Source of the DNA: Lama guanicoe
Taxonomy: Eukaryota
Reading direction: 5' to 3'
Assembly (NCBI GenBank): GCA_013239625.1
Contig: MU054187.1
Span: 4,909,757-4,973,756 of the forward strand
Length of the DNA: 64,000 nt
Part shown: one piece after another, positions 49,875 through 64,000 of the stretch
Position numbering within the stretch: position 1 is the stretch's first letter
Layout: the number at the start of each line of letters is the position of its first letter
Notes under the pieces: generated by a model
The model's input: the letters and a program-made list of their open reading frames with translations, nothing else
Told to the model about the DNA's origin: nothing
Databases searched by the model: none
Translations under genes and position numbers: made by a program

Positions 49875-52824
49875 GGGAACACAAACTGCCAATATCAGAA
49901 ATGAAACAGAAGTCATCATTACTAATCACAAGCACATTAAAAAGATAATAAAGGAATAATGTGAAAAACTCTATGCCTACAAATTGGAGAATTTTGATGG
50001 AATTTAACAATTTCTTGAAATTCAAAAACTATGAAAACTCATACAAAGAGAAATATAAAAATATATCTATTTTATTACCCAATAATACCATTAAAAATTA
50101 TTCAATAGTTAACAATCTTCTAAAAAGAAGTCCCCACGTCCAGATGGTTTCTACTAAACATTTAAGGAAGAAATCATACTAATTCTCCATAATATCTCCA
50201 GAAATTAGAAGCAGAGGAAACAGGGCTTAACTTATAACCAGCATAGCTCTAATACCAAACTAGATAAAAAATACCACGAGAAAACTACAGACTAATAACT
50301 CTCATGAACATAAGTATAAAAATTCTCAATACAATATTCATAAATTGAATCTAATAATGTATAAGAAATTATACACCATAAACAAGTAGAATTTATTCTA
50401 CGTATGCAAGACTAATCAACATTAGAAAATCTATCAGTGTAACCCGATACATCAACACAGTGAAGAACAAAAATCATATGGTCCTATCAATAGACACAGA
50501 AAAAGCACATGAAAAATCTAAACCCATTCATGACAAAAACCCTTAGCAAACTAGGAAAAGGAAAAAACTTCCTCAATTTTATTTAAAATATCTACAAAAA
50601 CCCTCCTGCTAACATCATGCTTAATGGTAAGACACTAGATGTTTTCCCCCTAAGATCAAGAAAAAGGTAAGGATGTCTCCTCTCTACACTCCTATTTCCA
50701 CACGGTGCTAGAAGTCCTGGCCAATGCAGTAAGATAATAAAAGGAAATAAAACACCTTGGGAAGGAAGAGAGTAAATTGTCCCAGCCTGCAGGTGACATG
50801 TGTATGGAGAAAATCCTAAAGAATCAACAACAGCAATAGTGATCACTTGGAAATAATAAGCAGATATAACAGTAAGCCTGCAGGATATAACGTCTTCTTG
50901 TATACCAACAATGAGAAGTAGGAATTTGAAATTTAAAAATGCTGTTTACAATAATACTCCAAAAATGAAATACTTGGGCATAAATGTAACAGAACATGTG
51001 CAGGCCCTTATAAATAGAAAACTATGAAACACTGATTTAAAACCAATTTGAAAAATCAAATAAATAAATAGACATTCTGTGTTCACGGATTAGAAGACTC
51101 AGGACCGTTAAGATGTCAGTTCTTCTCAACTTGATCTATAGACTCAACACAATCCCAGTCAAATCTCTGCAAGCCTTTCCACGGTTAGTAACAAACTGGT
51201 TCCAAAGTTTACATGGAAGGGTGAAGGACCTGGAATAGCCAATGTCACACTGCAGAGGGGAAGCAAAGTTGGAAGACGCACACAGCCTGATTTCAAGACT
51301 TACTTTAAAGCTACGGTAATAAAGACGGCATGGCACTGGCAAAAGAACAGACACACAGATCAATGGAAAAGAATAGAGAGCTCAGAAATAGACACACTCA
51401 AATATAGTCACTGATCTTTGGTGAAGGAACTAAGGCAATTCAATGGAGAAATACAGTCTTTCAACAAATGGTGCTGGAACAATTCAACATCCATATAAAA
51501 AAGAAAAGAAAGGTACACGATCTTTCATTCAGTACTGGTAGAAATGTCAAATGGTACAGCTGCTTTGAGAGACAATTGGACAGTTTCTTACAAAACTAAA
51601 CATAGCCTTACCACACAATTCAGTGATCACACTCCTTGGTACGTACCCAACTGATGTGAAAACTTATGTCTACCCAAGAATCCGCATACCAGTGTTTATA
51701 GCAGATGTATTCTTAGTTGTCAAAAAGTCCTTCAACAGGTGAAATGGATAAACAAATTCTAGTACATCCATAAAATGAGCTATCAAGCCATGAAAAGACA
51801 TGGATAAATCTTAAATGCATACTGCTAAGTGAAAGAAGCCAGTCAGGAAAAGCTACAAGTATGTATGAGTCCAACTAAAATGTATTCTGGAAAAGGTAAT
51901 ACTGGAGAGACAGTAAATACTGGATGCCAGGCATTCAGAAGGGAGAGGTGGTTAAGTAGGCAAAACAAAGAAAAATGTTCAGGGCAGTGAAACTGTTCCG
52001 TATGATACCGTCATGGTGAATATAAGACATTAAGCAACTGTCAAAACCCAAAGAACTTTACTGCACAAGGAGTAAATCCTAATGTATGCAAATAAAAAAA
52101 ATACTTAAGATGTTGGGGATTCCCAGGGTGAAATGCAGAACGCAGATAAGGAAACTTAATGAATTGCAAATGTATGAAAAAATCTCATTCAAGGAGATGG
52201 GTGGCAAGTTGTGTATGACTTACGTAACTTTGGAAATGAGCAGAGTCTGTAAGACTAAAGGGAAAGGAACTGTGTATAAGCACTGTATCCTGGTCGATAA
52301 AGTTGTTTCCCACAGGAGTGTGGGTTAACAATTCTGATACTGTGATACATGTTTCCTGGAATAAACAATGAGGTAAATGGATAGTGGATGGTGGGAGTCA
52401 GGTTTCTCACTGCTGATGTGAGAGGTTACAGATAAGCAAGGGTAGGAGGCCATGTGGCAATGGATTAGAGTGGATGACGTCAGTATGAATTAATGTTCAG
52501 CTCAAAATAGATACAGATGGTTACCTAGAGAATTCTTTACAGATATGTGTGTGTGTATATAGGTTAGTATTCATACATACCTCCCCCTGCTCTGTCAGCC
52601 GAGGGGTCCTAGAAGCAATGAAACCCCATGAGCAATGAGCAAACCTGGTGCCCAGATCTTAGTTTCTGATACCATTCTCTGAAAAAAGGAAGCCAGGGCT
52701 TCCTGGAGAAATGGCTGGTTTTATGACAGGAACAGAAAATACACAAGATGAGTCTGCAGTCTCCTGCGGTAGCAGAATTTAAGTGTTTAAAGTGCAAAAA
52801 CAAGCAACAGCAACACACATGCAT

Positions 52825-52838
52825 ACACACGTGCACAT

Positions 52839-52875
<37 letters not shown>

Positions 52876-52968
52876 GAGTGATGGGTGTTTGTCAGAGGGA
52901 CACGGAGCCAATTGAAAGAGCTCCCAATCACTAAAGCTGGAACAATTTGAGATAGATAGATAGGTAGG

Positions 52969-53015
<47 letters not shown>

Positions 53016-53020
53016 TAGAT
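52825..53020. repeat. (CA)n and (GATA)n microsatellites inside the L1
   Basis: (CA)n at about 52840-52872; (GATA/GGTA)n at about 52951-53020. Confidence 0.93.
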
Positions 53021-56000
53021 AAATGAAATAGTATGGGATTATAACCCAAAATGTAAAAATAAGCACTCATAAGCTCATACTAAAGAAGATAAATGACTCA
53101 GTGAACAAACAAATTAAAAAACGGGAAAGAGCAGGCAAATCTCCAATACAGAACAATTTCAAGTACTTTACGTAGATGCTCACCTTCAAGGATGGGGAGT
53201 GTACCTCCCCACTCTTTACATGTGAACTGCCCATAATGACTTTCTTCCAGGAGCGCAGTACAGAAAGGGAGAATTTTAAGAAAGAGCAATTTTATAGTGG
53301 AGAAACCTGGCAAACATGACTCCAGACCAGCGGTCGAGGTTAATGTCAACAGCAGTAAGTCACACTGATAACACGAAACTCTGGTATGATCTGATGAGAA
53401 TGACACTCTATGGTTTTCCTCCCGAACTACATGACTCCAGCCTAATCATAGCAAAAGCATCAGGCCAATCTCGATCAAGGAACCTTGACCGGAATCCTTA
53501 AGACTGTCAAGGTTACCAAAAGCAAAGGAAGTCCGAAAAACTGCCGCAGCCCAAGAAGAGTGTAAGAAGGTATGATAACTGGTTGGAATTCTGGAACAGA
53601 AAGTGAACATTAGGGGAATCTAAATAAAGCATGGACTTTAGATGAGAAGACTGTGTCAGTGTTGGTTCACTCACTGGGACAACTGTCCCGTACTGAGATA
53701 AGATGATAACAATAAGGAAGACTAGGTCTGGAGTGTGTAGGAACTCTTGGTAGTATCTTCACCATAATTCTGTAAATCTGAAACTTTTCTCAAATACAGT
53801 TTATTTAAAAGAACTGGCCCACTTTTACTCCCAGTAGTCGAGTATAAGCTAACCAAGAATCATGTGTATTCGTTCCTAAATCTGTTAATGCCTATTGTTC
53901 TTACTAATGCAATTGCAACATTTATTCAAATAGCATATAAATGGATTAAACCTGCACATGTGCGGAGAGAATTGTTTCTATACAAATTAAGCATAATGCT
54001 CTGGAGAGGCTGAATAAGGCTAGGCTGCTTGAAAACTTGCTGCCTAACTATGACAAAAGGATGCTGTAAAAGATTATGAAAAATATCGTAAAAACTCATA
54101 AAGAATCTTCTTTTGGACTGCCTCACAAGTCTCTCTAACTTCTTGAACATCTTAAAGAAGTATAAAGAGAAAATACTCATAGACAAAGTTTATGGCTGGT
54201 GCTCACACTACAAAAAACCACCCAGGGCTGCAATCATGGCCCCAAACATGAAGACAGAGCGTTGGTCCAGCCACAAACAACGGGACTTTCATATACTTAA
54301 CTGCTTTTGTAACCAAGTGACTACTGTGTCCTGATCTTTCTTACTACAGGCTAAAAATCTTAATTAAACGTGGAAAGAAGATCTCTGGACATGACAATAC
54401 CACATGCATGAATCAGAGGAAGACTGAGAGCGTCAGCACTGGATTTCTGTCACTTCCCGAGTGCTCATCGGGCTAGTATTTGTTGGAACTGTTCAAAAAG
54501 AAGGTGCCAAACTTCCACTGTATTCCATGTACTAGTGTATTAGCAGACTATCTGACCACCTATGGTCTTGGCTCATGAGGGAGACTATATTTAGCTGCCC
54601 AGCTACCAGAGGTTCCATGAACATTGGATATTTCTCCTCTATAACCTGTTTAAGGGCAGAGACCAGAGATTTCCTGCATGACTTATCCCTTCTGAAAGGA
54701 ATGCACAACCTGAACACCAGGACTTTTTTCTCACCAAGATAGATGAGGGCCTATTGTTGGCCAAGTGTGACAGGAGCTGGGCCCCATCATTAATCATCTT
54801 GTAGGCAAACAAACTTCCAGAATGTTCCTTTTAGCTGGTGAGTGAGCCTACCATAAGGGATGCCACCCATCTGTGCCTGGCACCCACTGTACCACATTTC
54901 CAAGTGCTGGGACTGGGCGAACAAGTCCATGCAGGCTTTTGTTATCTCCTGGTGGATTTTTAAAACTCTGGTGTTAAAATGTCCTTATGTGATTTTTTTT
55001 TTTTTTACTTTCCATAGAAATACAGGAGAGCCTTTTTAGAATAATGGAATTTTTATGTTGTTTTGGAGAAGGACATGTGAGGAGTGTCTGGAGGGCGCGT
55101 GGGTCGAAAGTGGCAGGAATAGATGCGCTCCCAAGAAGAGCACAGCTTCCTCTGACTGCGGGCACTAAGGTAACGCTGGCTTCTGACTTCTCCTACTTGA
55201 GGCATTTCTGAGCCAAGATTAGAAAATGGGAGCCAAGGATGAGAATCACGTACTGTTTATTGAGAGGAGAAACCCTACTGGTGTCAGACTCAGTCCCCAA
55301 AGAAGGATGTCTAAAAGCTCAGTAGATGTTGCAAAATGTTGAAGGCAAACATCCATTTTAATCCACTTTAATTTAAAACACAGATATTATGCCATGAAAA
55401 ATCTGTTGTAAAGGATGCAAAAACATGTGGGGTGTCCAACCGTGGAAGCTGGAGTCCCTGTTACCACTGAGACCTTTGTAAATTGTGTCTTTCTCTTTTC
55501 CACCCTGAAGGCTCTCTCTCACCAATCAAGAGGAGCCCGCCACTGCACTGTTCTAGGGGTCAGCGGGCATGCAAAAGGCCTTTGGGCACAGATCACAGTT
55601 CACCGTGCCTCTCCGTAGTCCTTTTTGAGTGTCTGGGACTAAATATGAGACCTTTCTGGTGGTGAATTCTGTCACAGCATCCATGTCACATGTGGGGAGA
55701 TGACTAAGGAGAGCTTTTATTTTTTTCAGACATTTCTTTTATTTTTTGTAAAAATAGAGACAGTGCCTCCTAACATGGTGAGCAAGCATTCATTTCACAG
55801 ATTCTATCAAGAATTTATCTTCCTGAGAAACTCTCCTTAAGTCACCAAAGGCCTCGAGGATGAGGGTGTCACACGGCCCGTCCACCAGGTGAGGAATGCA
55901 CTTGTAGGATAACTCGTTAATACTCTGCATTTGCTCTCTGCCTCCTTAAATTTCTCAAAGATGATGTCCTAAGTTCAGTGATTTTTTTTTTTCCAGGGCA

Positions 56001-59000
56001 GACTCAGAAAAGAAATTTCCTCTTAGAATAGTAAAACAACCTAAAATAGAGCATTAATAACGAAAAAGACTATGACTTACAGTCTGATGGCTGTCTAGTA
56101 GAATAACTTACACCAAAATTCTTCTGGTAAAATATCCTTGATATTTTTGGTGACATTCTTTGGCAATTGGTTTCGTATGCCATGAGGGAAGGGGTGAGCA
56201 GAGGGCATGGCTCACGTCCTGACAAGTTCAGGAAAAACCAGAAGAGCTCGTCTCAACTCCAGGTGGTTATTAGCCACAACTGGCAATCACAGATCGTCTC
56301 TAAGCTTCAGAGTTTGTTCTGTAAAATGCAGAGGTGTGATCAGAGGATTCCTGAGCTTCCCCTGTTTGGGGACTGTAGTTCAGCAAATGTATACCGTATG
56401 AGTTACAGAATAATGAACGAATTGCCTTAAGTCAGGATCGATGTCTTGTAATGGACGCTTAATACAGACAGACCTGGTTCTCAGATTCTTCTAGGTTATT
56501 TTTTCCTTTGTGTGCTTAACCCAAAATAGTTAATACAGCTTTCAGGAATGTCTCATTTTTGTGTCAGGTGATAGATCTGATTAATAAATGAGGTAAAGAG
56601 AGATTTCTAAACGTAAACATTTCCACGAAACACACACATTAAAGTATAGTTTATTTTTTAAAATTTTTGAAAGAGAAGATTCTGCTAGATGATGCGTTAG
56701 AGAAAACTGAGTATCTCCAAATGAAAACATAGATATTTATTTAACAATATATGATAGAAATTGTATACATACGCATTTTTTAAATCAGCCTGCACTTCAT
56801 CATGAGAGTAAGGCTGTTAAATCAGGCCCAGCTTGGGTACTGTGGGCAGAGCAGAGTGTTATGATTTGGGGTAGTCTCTGTTAGCTCCTATTAGCTCCAC
56901 AGACCTGAATATCTTGAGTAAAATGCATCTCTAGGCAATCACTAATTTGGATTAACGTTTTTCTCTTTTAAAATGGGGGAGAAAAAATACAGAAAGCTGG
57001 CCACAATCATTCACATCTCTGAATTACTTTAATGGGGTCGCTTTCTTTTTAGAGTTTCTGTGACCAGTTTCACTGAGCAAATGTGGTTTTGAAGGAGAGC
57101 AGGAGAGGACATGGACTTCCCTGGGAGGCAGGAAAGATATGGATGCCCCGCTGTACGCAGCTAACGGGCAGCATGAAAAGGTGTAGGTGTTTAAGGAGCA
57201 GAAGAGGCTGAGATACAAACTCGTGTTTGTGTACGTACGCTTACGCTGCCACTGCTCACGCAGGGCCTGCTCCGCGCTGGCACGCTGCTGGGTGGAAGGG
57301 TATAATTACAATTTTGCCTTGCTCGTTCTATTTTTCTCCCAGAAATGCAAATAAACATGAACACTGTACTTTCAGACATTCTGAGAATGTTCTGAATTCC
57401 AAGTAAAGTCACTTCAGTATATCATATTTTGAACTTTTAGGAAGACACTCATTAATAATTTACCTTTGAAGTGAACGAAAGTGAAATGATGTAGAATTAA
57501 AAGCATCAAAAAGGCTGCTAAAATATTTATGGAGACTGTATTTTGACTAAAGGATTACATTTACGGAATGATTGATGCCCTAGTTTCTGAGATCTCAGTT
57601 TACAAAAGGAGCCAAAGCTGAAACCAAATGTCACAATTGTATTTTTCATTATGAAAAGATTTTTCCGTGTATCCTCCTTTTTATTAATTACCACAACGAT
57701 GTGTCGAGAGGGTTTAGCGTAGCATTGTACATTATTTTCATATAATTCCTCTACAAACATGTGGCAGATCTTCATGCGGTCTTTATACATTAAAAACAGC
57801 CATGAAATGGTGACACACTGTTTAACGTAATAAATGCATCAGATAAGAAAAGAAAAGAAAAGCCCAAATGTTGCTGGTCATTGCTGTGCTAGGGGGAGCG
57901 TGCTACAAGCCCAGCACGACTGCCTCTAACCCCGTTCATTCGGCGCTGGCCCGGCCCGGTGACAGTGCTCGTGTTCGCCTCCCCAGCGCCGGGCGCAGAG
58001 CGCCAGCGAGCCTGCAGAGGCGCCCTCCGGCCCCGCCGGCTGTCGGCCCCCGCGGTGAGCGGAACCACAGCGCTGCACGTAATCCAATAAAGCTCCCACC
58101 AGCAAAGCTGTATGTAATCAAGGATCTGAAAGAACATCCTGCAGGTTAGATCCGGTCTTTTTTAACTTGTACTTCACAAAACAGTCTCTTCAGGCAGGAG
58201 GAAAATCTGTCTGTCACCCGAAGCAAATGTGAAGTCACGCGGTGTACCGAGAGGTGTGGGCCTATCAAACAGGTTTTAAATCCAGCCACAGCCTCTGCTT
58301 CACCTGCAGAAGGAGACGCACCTTGGGGAAAGCCAGCACGGCAAGCAAGGCAACAACAAAAAGCAGCAGGAAGGCTGTCCAGCTGATCCCGCCTGCTCTA
58401 AATATTCTGTTCTGATGGCTCGGGGTGACGGGGATGCGTGAGGGGATCCCGACTCTGTTTCCAAGCAGGAAGCAGACAAGAGAACAATCACATGCTGACA
58501 TGCCAGGTACCCAAAGGCTCCCGGCCGCCACCGAGCATACAGACCCACTCTTAGATTCCAGAATTCAGAAGTGACACTCGCCACCAGCTGTGCCACCAAC
58601 TTCTGGTTTAGCCCCTCTTCACTAACAGCTCTTTCCCCTTCTTTGTAAGAAATAAGCAATGACTCAGAGTCAGGTGGTTCTTACAGGCAAGGAGAAAATC
58701 CAGTCTGCTTTGCCGCCCCCAGGTTCTCAGCAGAACAGGGGGCCATGTGACGGCCAAGGCCAGACGACACTCTGCACAGAACATGTGTCTGTGACATCTT
58801 TTATCAACACCCCCAAAGAGATCATTTTGTGAGTCAAAAAGGAGTATCAGAATTTAGGTCTATCATCTTCTCAGTCATCCTTAAAATCATTGGGGTTTAC
58901 CCAATTTTCTTGTTTAATTTGCTCTGAAATATTTAATTGCTTCACTCTTAGATGAATGTTGGGATAAACAGGGTCATCTGGAAATAGAGAAATCATCCAT

Positions 59001-62000
59001 CAAATTCTGCTTCACAGCAGTGACACCAGAGCAACATGTTCTTGGCTTAACATGGTCAGCTTGGTTTATTTTTGATAGAAATTCTGTTTCTCTATCCTTT
59101 TTTGGGGGTCCTGCAACACTCCCAGTACCTTTCTGTAGCTTAGGTCTCTTTCGACTGAAAAGGAAATGAGCCTTTGTGAAGGCATTTGTTGAGAATATTA
59201 AATTCTTTGCCAGTGCACAGAGCCTCATATAAGAACTGTGTTTGGGTAAATGCAACAGAAGGAAAATGAATAAAACCTCATTTCCATTAAGAGCTACATT
59301 CATGTGCAAAGGCCTCCAATTACAATTCTATAGAATCAGTGATGCTTTGATATTTGGTACAGGAATCATACTAGACTACTGGCATGATAGCTAAGAATTT
59401 CTGTGTTTCTATGGTAATTTATTTTAGATAGTTTTGCCATCATGGCTAAAATGAAATGTCAATTAGTGCATATAATTTAGAAATTACACTCAAGTCTTCC
59501 AGAATTTTAAGTCAAAGTCAGATACTCTCCCCACAGAATAAAAATTAATTTCCTCCAAACGAGCATTACTGTATTTCAGGAAAATCTCTCTAATTCCTAC
59601 TTAAAACCAGAAGGAATCTCTTAATTTCATGAATCAGAGAGTATGTAAGGCAACATATTTTTGGTCATAGTTATTCCATTAGACAAATACACTTTATTAT
59701 AAATGAAAAAAATATGTGCCTCATGAGTGATCAACCATGTAATCTAGCTGTCTAATAAATTCTGCATTGTGGTTGACTAGTCCTTCGGGAAATGCCACAT
59801 TCGTTTCCTGCAAAAATCAAGGGACTGGCTTGTACCAAACAAAGCATTTCTTAAAAACAAAACGAGACAAAAACCAAACCTTAAGTGTGTAATTGATCAA
59901 ACTGCAAAACACATTAGGCTCTCTTGGATCAACTTTCTGTGACAAATCTCAGGACACATATTTTGGTTATTTAATCCCTAATTTAAAAAAATTTCTGTAG
60001 TGTCACCCACCCATAGTATGACAACTAGGAATGGGGTGGGGGGCGGGGACACTTTTCTGACACTTCTTTTTTTAACTCTCTTCGTTGTAACAAACAGCAT
60101 TGACTAAAGGGTTATTATGTTTTGTTATCTTCAGTGTCTTCTAAAGCTGTTCAGATCCATTTGGGAACATTCAAAAAGACAGTCTGGTCCACCAGGAAAC
60201 TGACTGCTGAAGCTGCTGCTGGTCCAGAATGAGATGATCCCGGGGACCTGGGAGGCTTGTGAGGCAGATACGGGCGGCCCTGAGGACAGAGGGGAGGACA
60301 GAGGGGGGCTCCTGCCTGCCAGGAAGTCAGGGGCCAGGGTGGGAGTGGGGAGCAAGGCCAGCGATGGCGTTGCAGGGGGAGGGCAGGTGATGCAATAACT
60401 CTGAGCTCGGGTTCCCAGGATGGAAAATGGGGGCAACAGAACCCAATAAAACCCAAGAGCTGTGAGAATTAATTAAGTGGTGCATACTTAGATCTTAACA
60501 AAGGGTGCCTGCTGTTATTACAGCGTTAGCTGGAGAGAGTTTTTACACACTTAAGATTTTATTTTTCTCTCTGGAGGGAATAATCACGAGAAAGGGCCGC
60601 GTGGTGAGAGGATGACTATCCTCTTAGTGGATACTGGAGGGGTTAGCGAATAATAGGGAATGCGGCCATTCTCTCTCCTTTTGCGAGAAAAAAAAGACTC
60701 TCAGAATTAAAAAGTGAGAGGAACAGGGCAGTGAGTGGCCCAGGATGGTGAGGAAGCTCCCAGCAGAACAATGAGCTGAAAAAGTACTTACATGGGCCTC
60801 AGATTCTCTTTGAATCTTATTACAAATAAAATGTCCGCTCTGTCCAACCAAGTTATTCATGCTGAAATGCAGCATTAGTTCAGAGGAAGCAACTGGATTT
60901 ACTGGACAGACCGACAGCCTTATTTTATCAGCTCAGGTGCTCATACTGAAAGTACTCACGAGCAGCTACCTTAAAATGTGACTAAGGTACCAGCCAGCCT
61001 CTAAAGGAAACACATCACCAACTGACGAATTTATTCAACAAATAATTACTGTGGACCTTTTTAAAAAGGAGGGATTTTGATTGAGCCAGAGGGCAGGCAG
61101 GGGTGGGGTGAGTTGAGCTATCAAGATGTAGAACACAGATACCCAAACTTTAGGATTTCACCATCAACAAAGTGTTTACAAAGTGATGGAAATGACAAAG
61201 ATTTACTAACGTTTCATATTGCTAGATGGGTACCCTGCCAGTAGGATAACTGCCCCATCGCCATGTCCTAAAAGACATGTGAATACCAACAAAATTAGAA
61301 GGACACATCTGAATAAAGAATTATCCTCAAAAAAAGAAACCATTTTGCTTTATGAAAAGAATTTTGTACATTTTCCTTATTTCGTGAGAAGCAGTAAGAA
61401 CGTGAGTTACTAGTGCCCATCCTTACACAGGCATGTGAGAACCACCGACTGGAGGCTGAGAGCTGACCCTGTAGTTCTGGAAAAATAACATGTACCCCAA
61501 GTCAGACCAGCACAACCAGCTCAGGGACCTGTGGTCACTGTCACCAACGTGATTATGCACCATTTTCATCATTAAACCGCCCTGCAAGGCGCTAGGGAAG
61601 GCACGGCGCTCACTTTTTTCAGAAGAGGAAGTCAGCACTGGGAGTGGTGCGATGCCTCGCCTGAGGCTGAAGTAAAAGAGAAACTGTGACCAGAACCCCC
61701 TGCTCCGGCTCCAGGAGCCACTTCATGATGTCACAGCACACGTCTGGGTGACTGTGGCCGGTAGAGAAAATAAGCATTCTTGTGAGCTAGCCACACAAAG
61801 CCATTACACAGTGCCACCGAGAGGGCAGATGTGTGGAATAAGGAGATGGTCGTAACTCACACCCCTTCTTTGAAATCTTAGTTTCTCAAAGTTTCTGGCC
61901 AGTTCTACGCCTGGCTTCGCGTTGCCTTTATCTTTCATCACACGTGCAGCGACTGTCAAAATGGGCAACAGGAAAAGAAGCAATTTCAAGTGCTGTTTGA

Positions 62001-62749
62001 GAACCATTTCTTAGTGGTCAAAACTGCCCTGTCTGTGACTCTGGTCTCACAGCTGCTCCAGGTGACTGACGAGGACGGGACAAATGAGCCCCGGGGAGGC
62101 TGCGCTCTGCAGCCCTCCTGGTCTTTGAGGGCACCCGGCTCTATGCAGTCAGACTGATTTCACTAGAAACTGACCTGTTTCCTCTAAGAACACACAGCCA
62201 ACATCACTACATTTTTGAAAAAATTAAAAAGTCTGGTTCAAGTTCAACATAAATAAGACCTTTAAACAATGGACTGTAGGGTATCAGACGGGGTTGTGGT
62301 GCAAGGGGGTCAGCTCCCATCCCCAGGGGCGTTAATGCACGACCTTGACAAAGACACGAGGGGCACATCATAGGACAGAGCCCTGCTCTGGGAGTCGGAT
62401 AACAGGGGTGTCACCATCACCCCCAGGATTCTTCAAAGTGTCCCACGCAAGCATTAGTCACTGTCGGATCTAGAACTGACAACAGAAACATCCACCCAAA
62501 TTGGAGAGTCCACTCTTTAAGGTAAAGAAAAACAATGTCTCACTTGCAAATATCCACTTAGGAATAAAATCCTTATCAAGGTAAACCACTGGGTAACGGG
62601 GGGTGTGGTTAAATGAGAGACAAGGAGCGGGAGGGGCTCTCAGGTCCCACGTGGGAGGCCGCCTGCTCTGCGCTTTCTCTCCTCCGTTCTGTCTGCCCCG
62701 CGATCTGTGACCTAATGGCCTTCTCCGCAGTGATCAGGCACAGGGCGAA

Positions 62750-62920
62750 GCGCTGGGGTTAGAGCCACCACAGAGTTCAAGGTTCCCATCTGATGTCCCA
62801 TCTGATGCCGACACATGAACCCCCAGCTCTGGGCTCCACGTCACCCGTGGGCTCTGACAGGAAGATCTTCCTTAAACTCTGCCTGGCTTCAGTTTTCTCA
62901 CCAGTGAAATAAGGGACTTT
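62750..62920 (+). mobile_element. MIR fragment
   Basis: ccttaaactctgcctggcttcagttttctcaccagtgaaataaggg matches the MIR core. Confidence 0.55.
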
Positions 62921-64000
62921 GATTACAGGACCTGCTGTTTTCTTTCAGATGAAAGATTTTTTAAAAATTATATTTTATTCCCTTTTATTCTCTCCATGTA
63001 GCGCATTAGAAACTTTAACAATTTTACCCTATGGATGACTTATTTCACTATTTTGTGTGTGTGCAGCCCATGATTAAAATGTTTAGTTTAGCAAGTTTTA
63101 CCATAATGAAACTTCATATTGCTTCTCTCTTAAAAGCCATTTTCGAAATTTACAAATAATCACTCTGGTTTCAAAATTTTTCTCCAAAGCTTTACTCCTA
63201 GATGGACATTAATCATCATGACAACCTTGTAGAATGAAAACTACCATTTAAAAACCCAATTTGAATCTCTTATGGAAAAAGATCTTATGTTCGAACTTGT
63301 TTGATTAAGTAGAAAAAGTATGGAATGTGGGGTTTCCATGAAAATTGTTCATTTTTATGTTACTTTTTGAAAAAGGTCCACTGAGCATGCTGAAATTGTA
63401 ATAATGAGAAGCAGGCCATAAATTGAAACCTCAAAGAAGACATCTGATTGACTTGAAAAATAATTGGTATCTTTCCACTTAATCTACATTAATGTAAACA
63501 ATAAATCTTCTCTTAAACAAAGATTGTGTGAATCTTCATTTATCTTTTATGACAAGAGAGCAAAGGTTGTAGTTTAATGAATGGAAAGAAGCAACAAGGT
63601 CAGTTTTAAAAGCCTCACAGGTCAAATGTCTGACATCACTGAACATTAAAAAAAAAAAAAAGAGCCCTAACATAGTAATTTCTATTTCAGTCAAACCACT
63701 AGGGTCCAGCTGAGGCTTCACATAGAAAGAAAGAAAACACCATAATTTAGTAACATAGAGACAAGCAATTGGAATGACAATACCCTTTTAAGATGCATTC
63801 ACCAGCATTTTAATAGTGTTGAATTAGGTAGATTTTAAAATAATTTTGCAGCTTCACATTTTGACAGCTGACAACAATCCCTGGCATTGATAAAGGGATT
63901 GGAAAAAGAAGAGCACCTACTTTTATTTTACATATGCATTGATTTTCTCCCAAATGGAAGACCTCTGTCATCTAAAAAGGTTATTCATAGATCCAAAGAG

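Larger units (their letters stand above)
49500..53810 (+). mobile_element. Old L1 (L1MC/L1MD-like): decayed ORF2 (about 49500-51500) and long 3' region
   Basis: ORF2 remnants include gcagcaaaagcagtccttagagggaaattta, ggattagaagactca...aagatgtcagttctt and caatggaaaagaatagagagctcagaaatagac. The terminus is ttctgtaaatctgaaacttttctcaaatacagtttatttaaaa. Many stops and deletions are present. Confidence 0.9.
1..64000 (-). other. TOX: Window lies inside the TOX transcription unit (part of intron 3 at 33342-64000, introns 4 and 5, part of intron 6 at 1-10978)
   Basis: Three collinear exons on the minus strand. The next exon (SYSEPVDVK...) and the upstream exons were not found in the window. Exon numbering is inferred from the recalled human structure. 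Confidence 0.88.

Noticed and set aside
52609..53070. 153-aa ORF with IYLS and CV repeats
   Set aside because: It is the translation of (GATA)n and (CA)n microsatellites inside an L1.
1..64000. CRISPR array, operon or other novel prokaryotic-type system
   Set aside because: The DNA is clearly mammalian intronic sequence. No regularly spaced repeat-spacer array or long intact non-TOX ORFs were seen.

Overview
Mammalian genomic DNA covering the interior of the TOX gene (thymocyte selection-associated HMG-box protein) on the minus strand. It is most likely camelid, judging from two tRNA-Ala-derived SINEs of the camelid type. Three coding exons are readable with canonical GT-AG boundaries: 33060-33341, 21668-21898 and 10979-11059. 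By recalled human gene structure these are exons 4, 5 and 6, encoding the Ser/Pro-rich region, the basic NLS and the complete HMG box. The rest is intron containing L1, L2, MIR, MER3/MER5-type hAT, MLT1 LTR and SINE relics plus microsatellites. The other ORFs in the supplied track look like chance or repeat-derived frames. I found no novel multi-gene system. The most notable oddities are a near-perfect 1054-bp blunt tandem duplication (a recent event or an assembly artefact), a probable very ancient CR1-type LINE 3' end, several short CpG-rich patches in which old repeats appear shifted from AT to GC, and some splice-architecture features. Repeat family names come from recalled consensus sequences, not from a database search.
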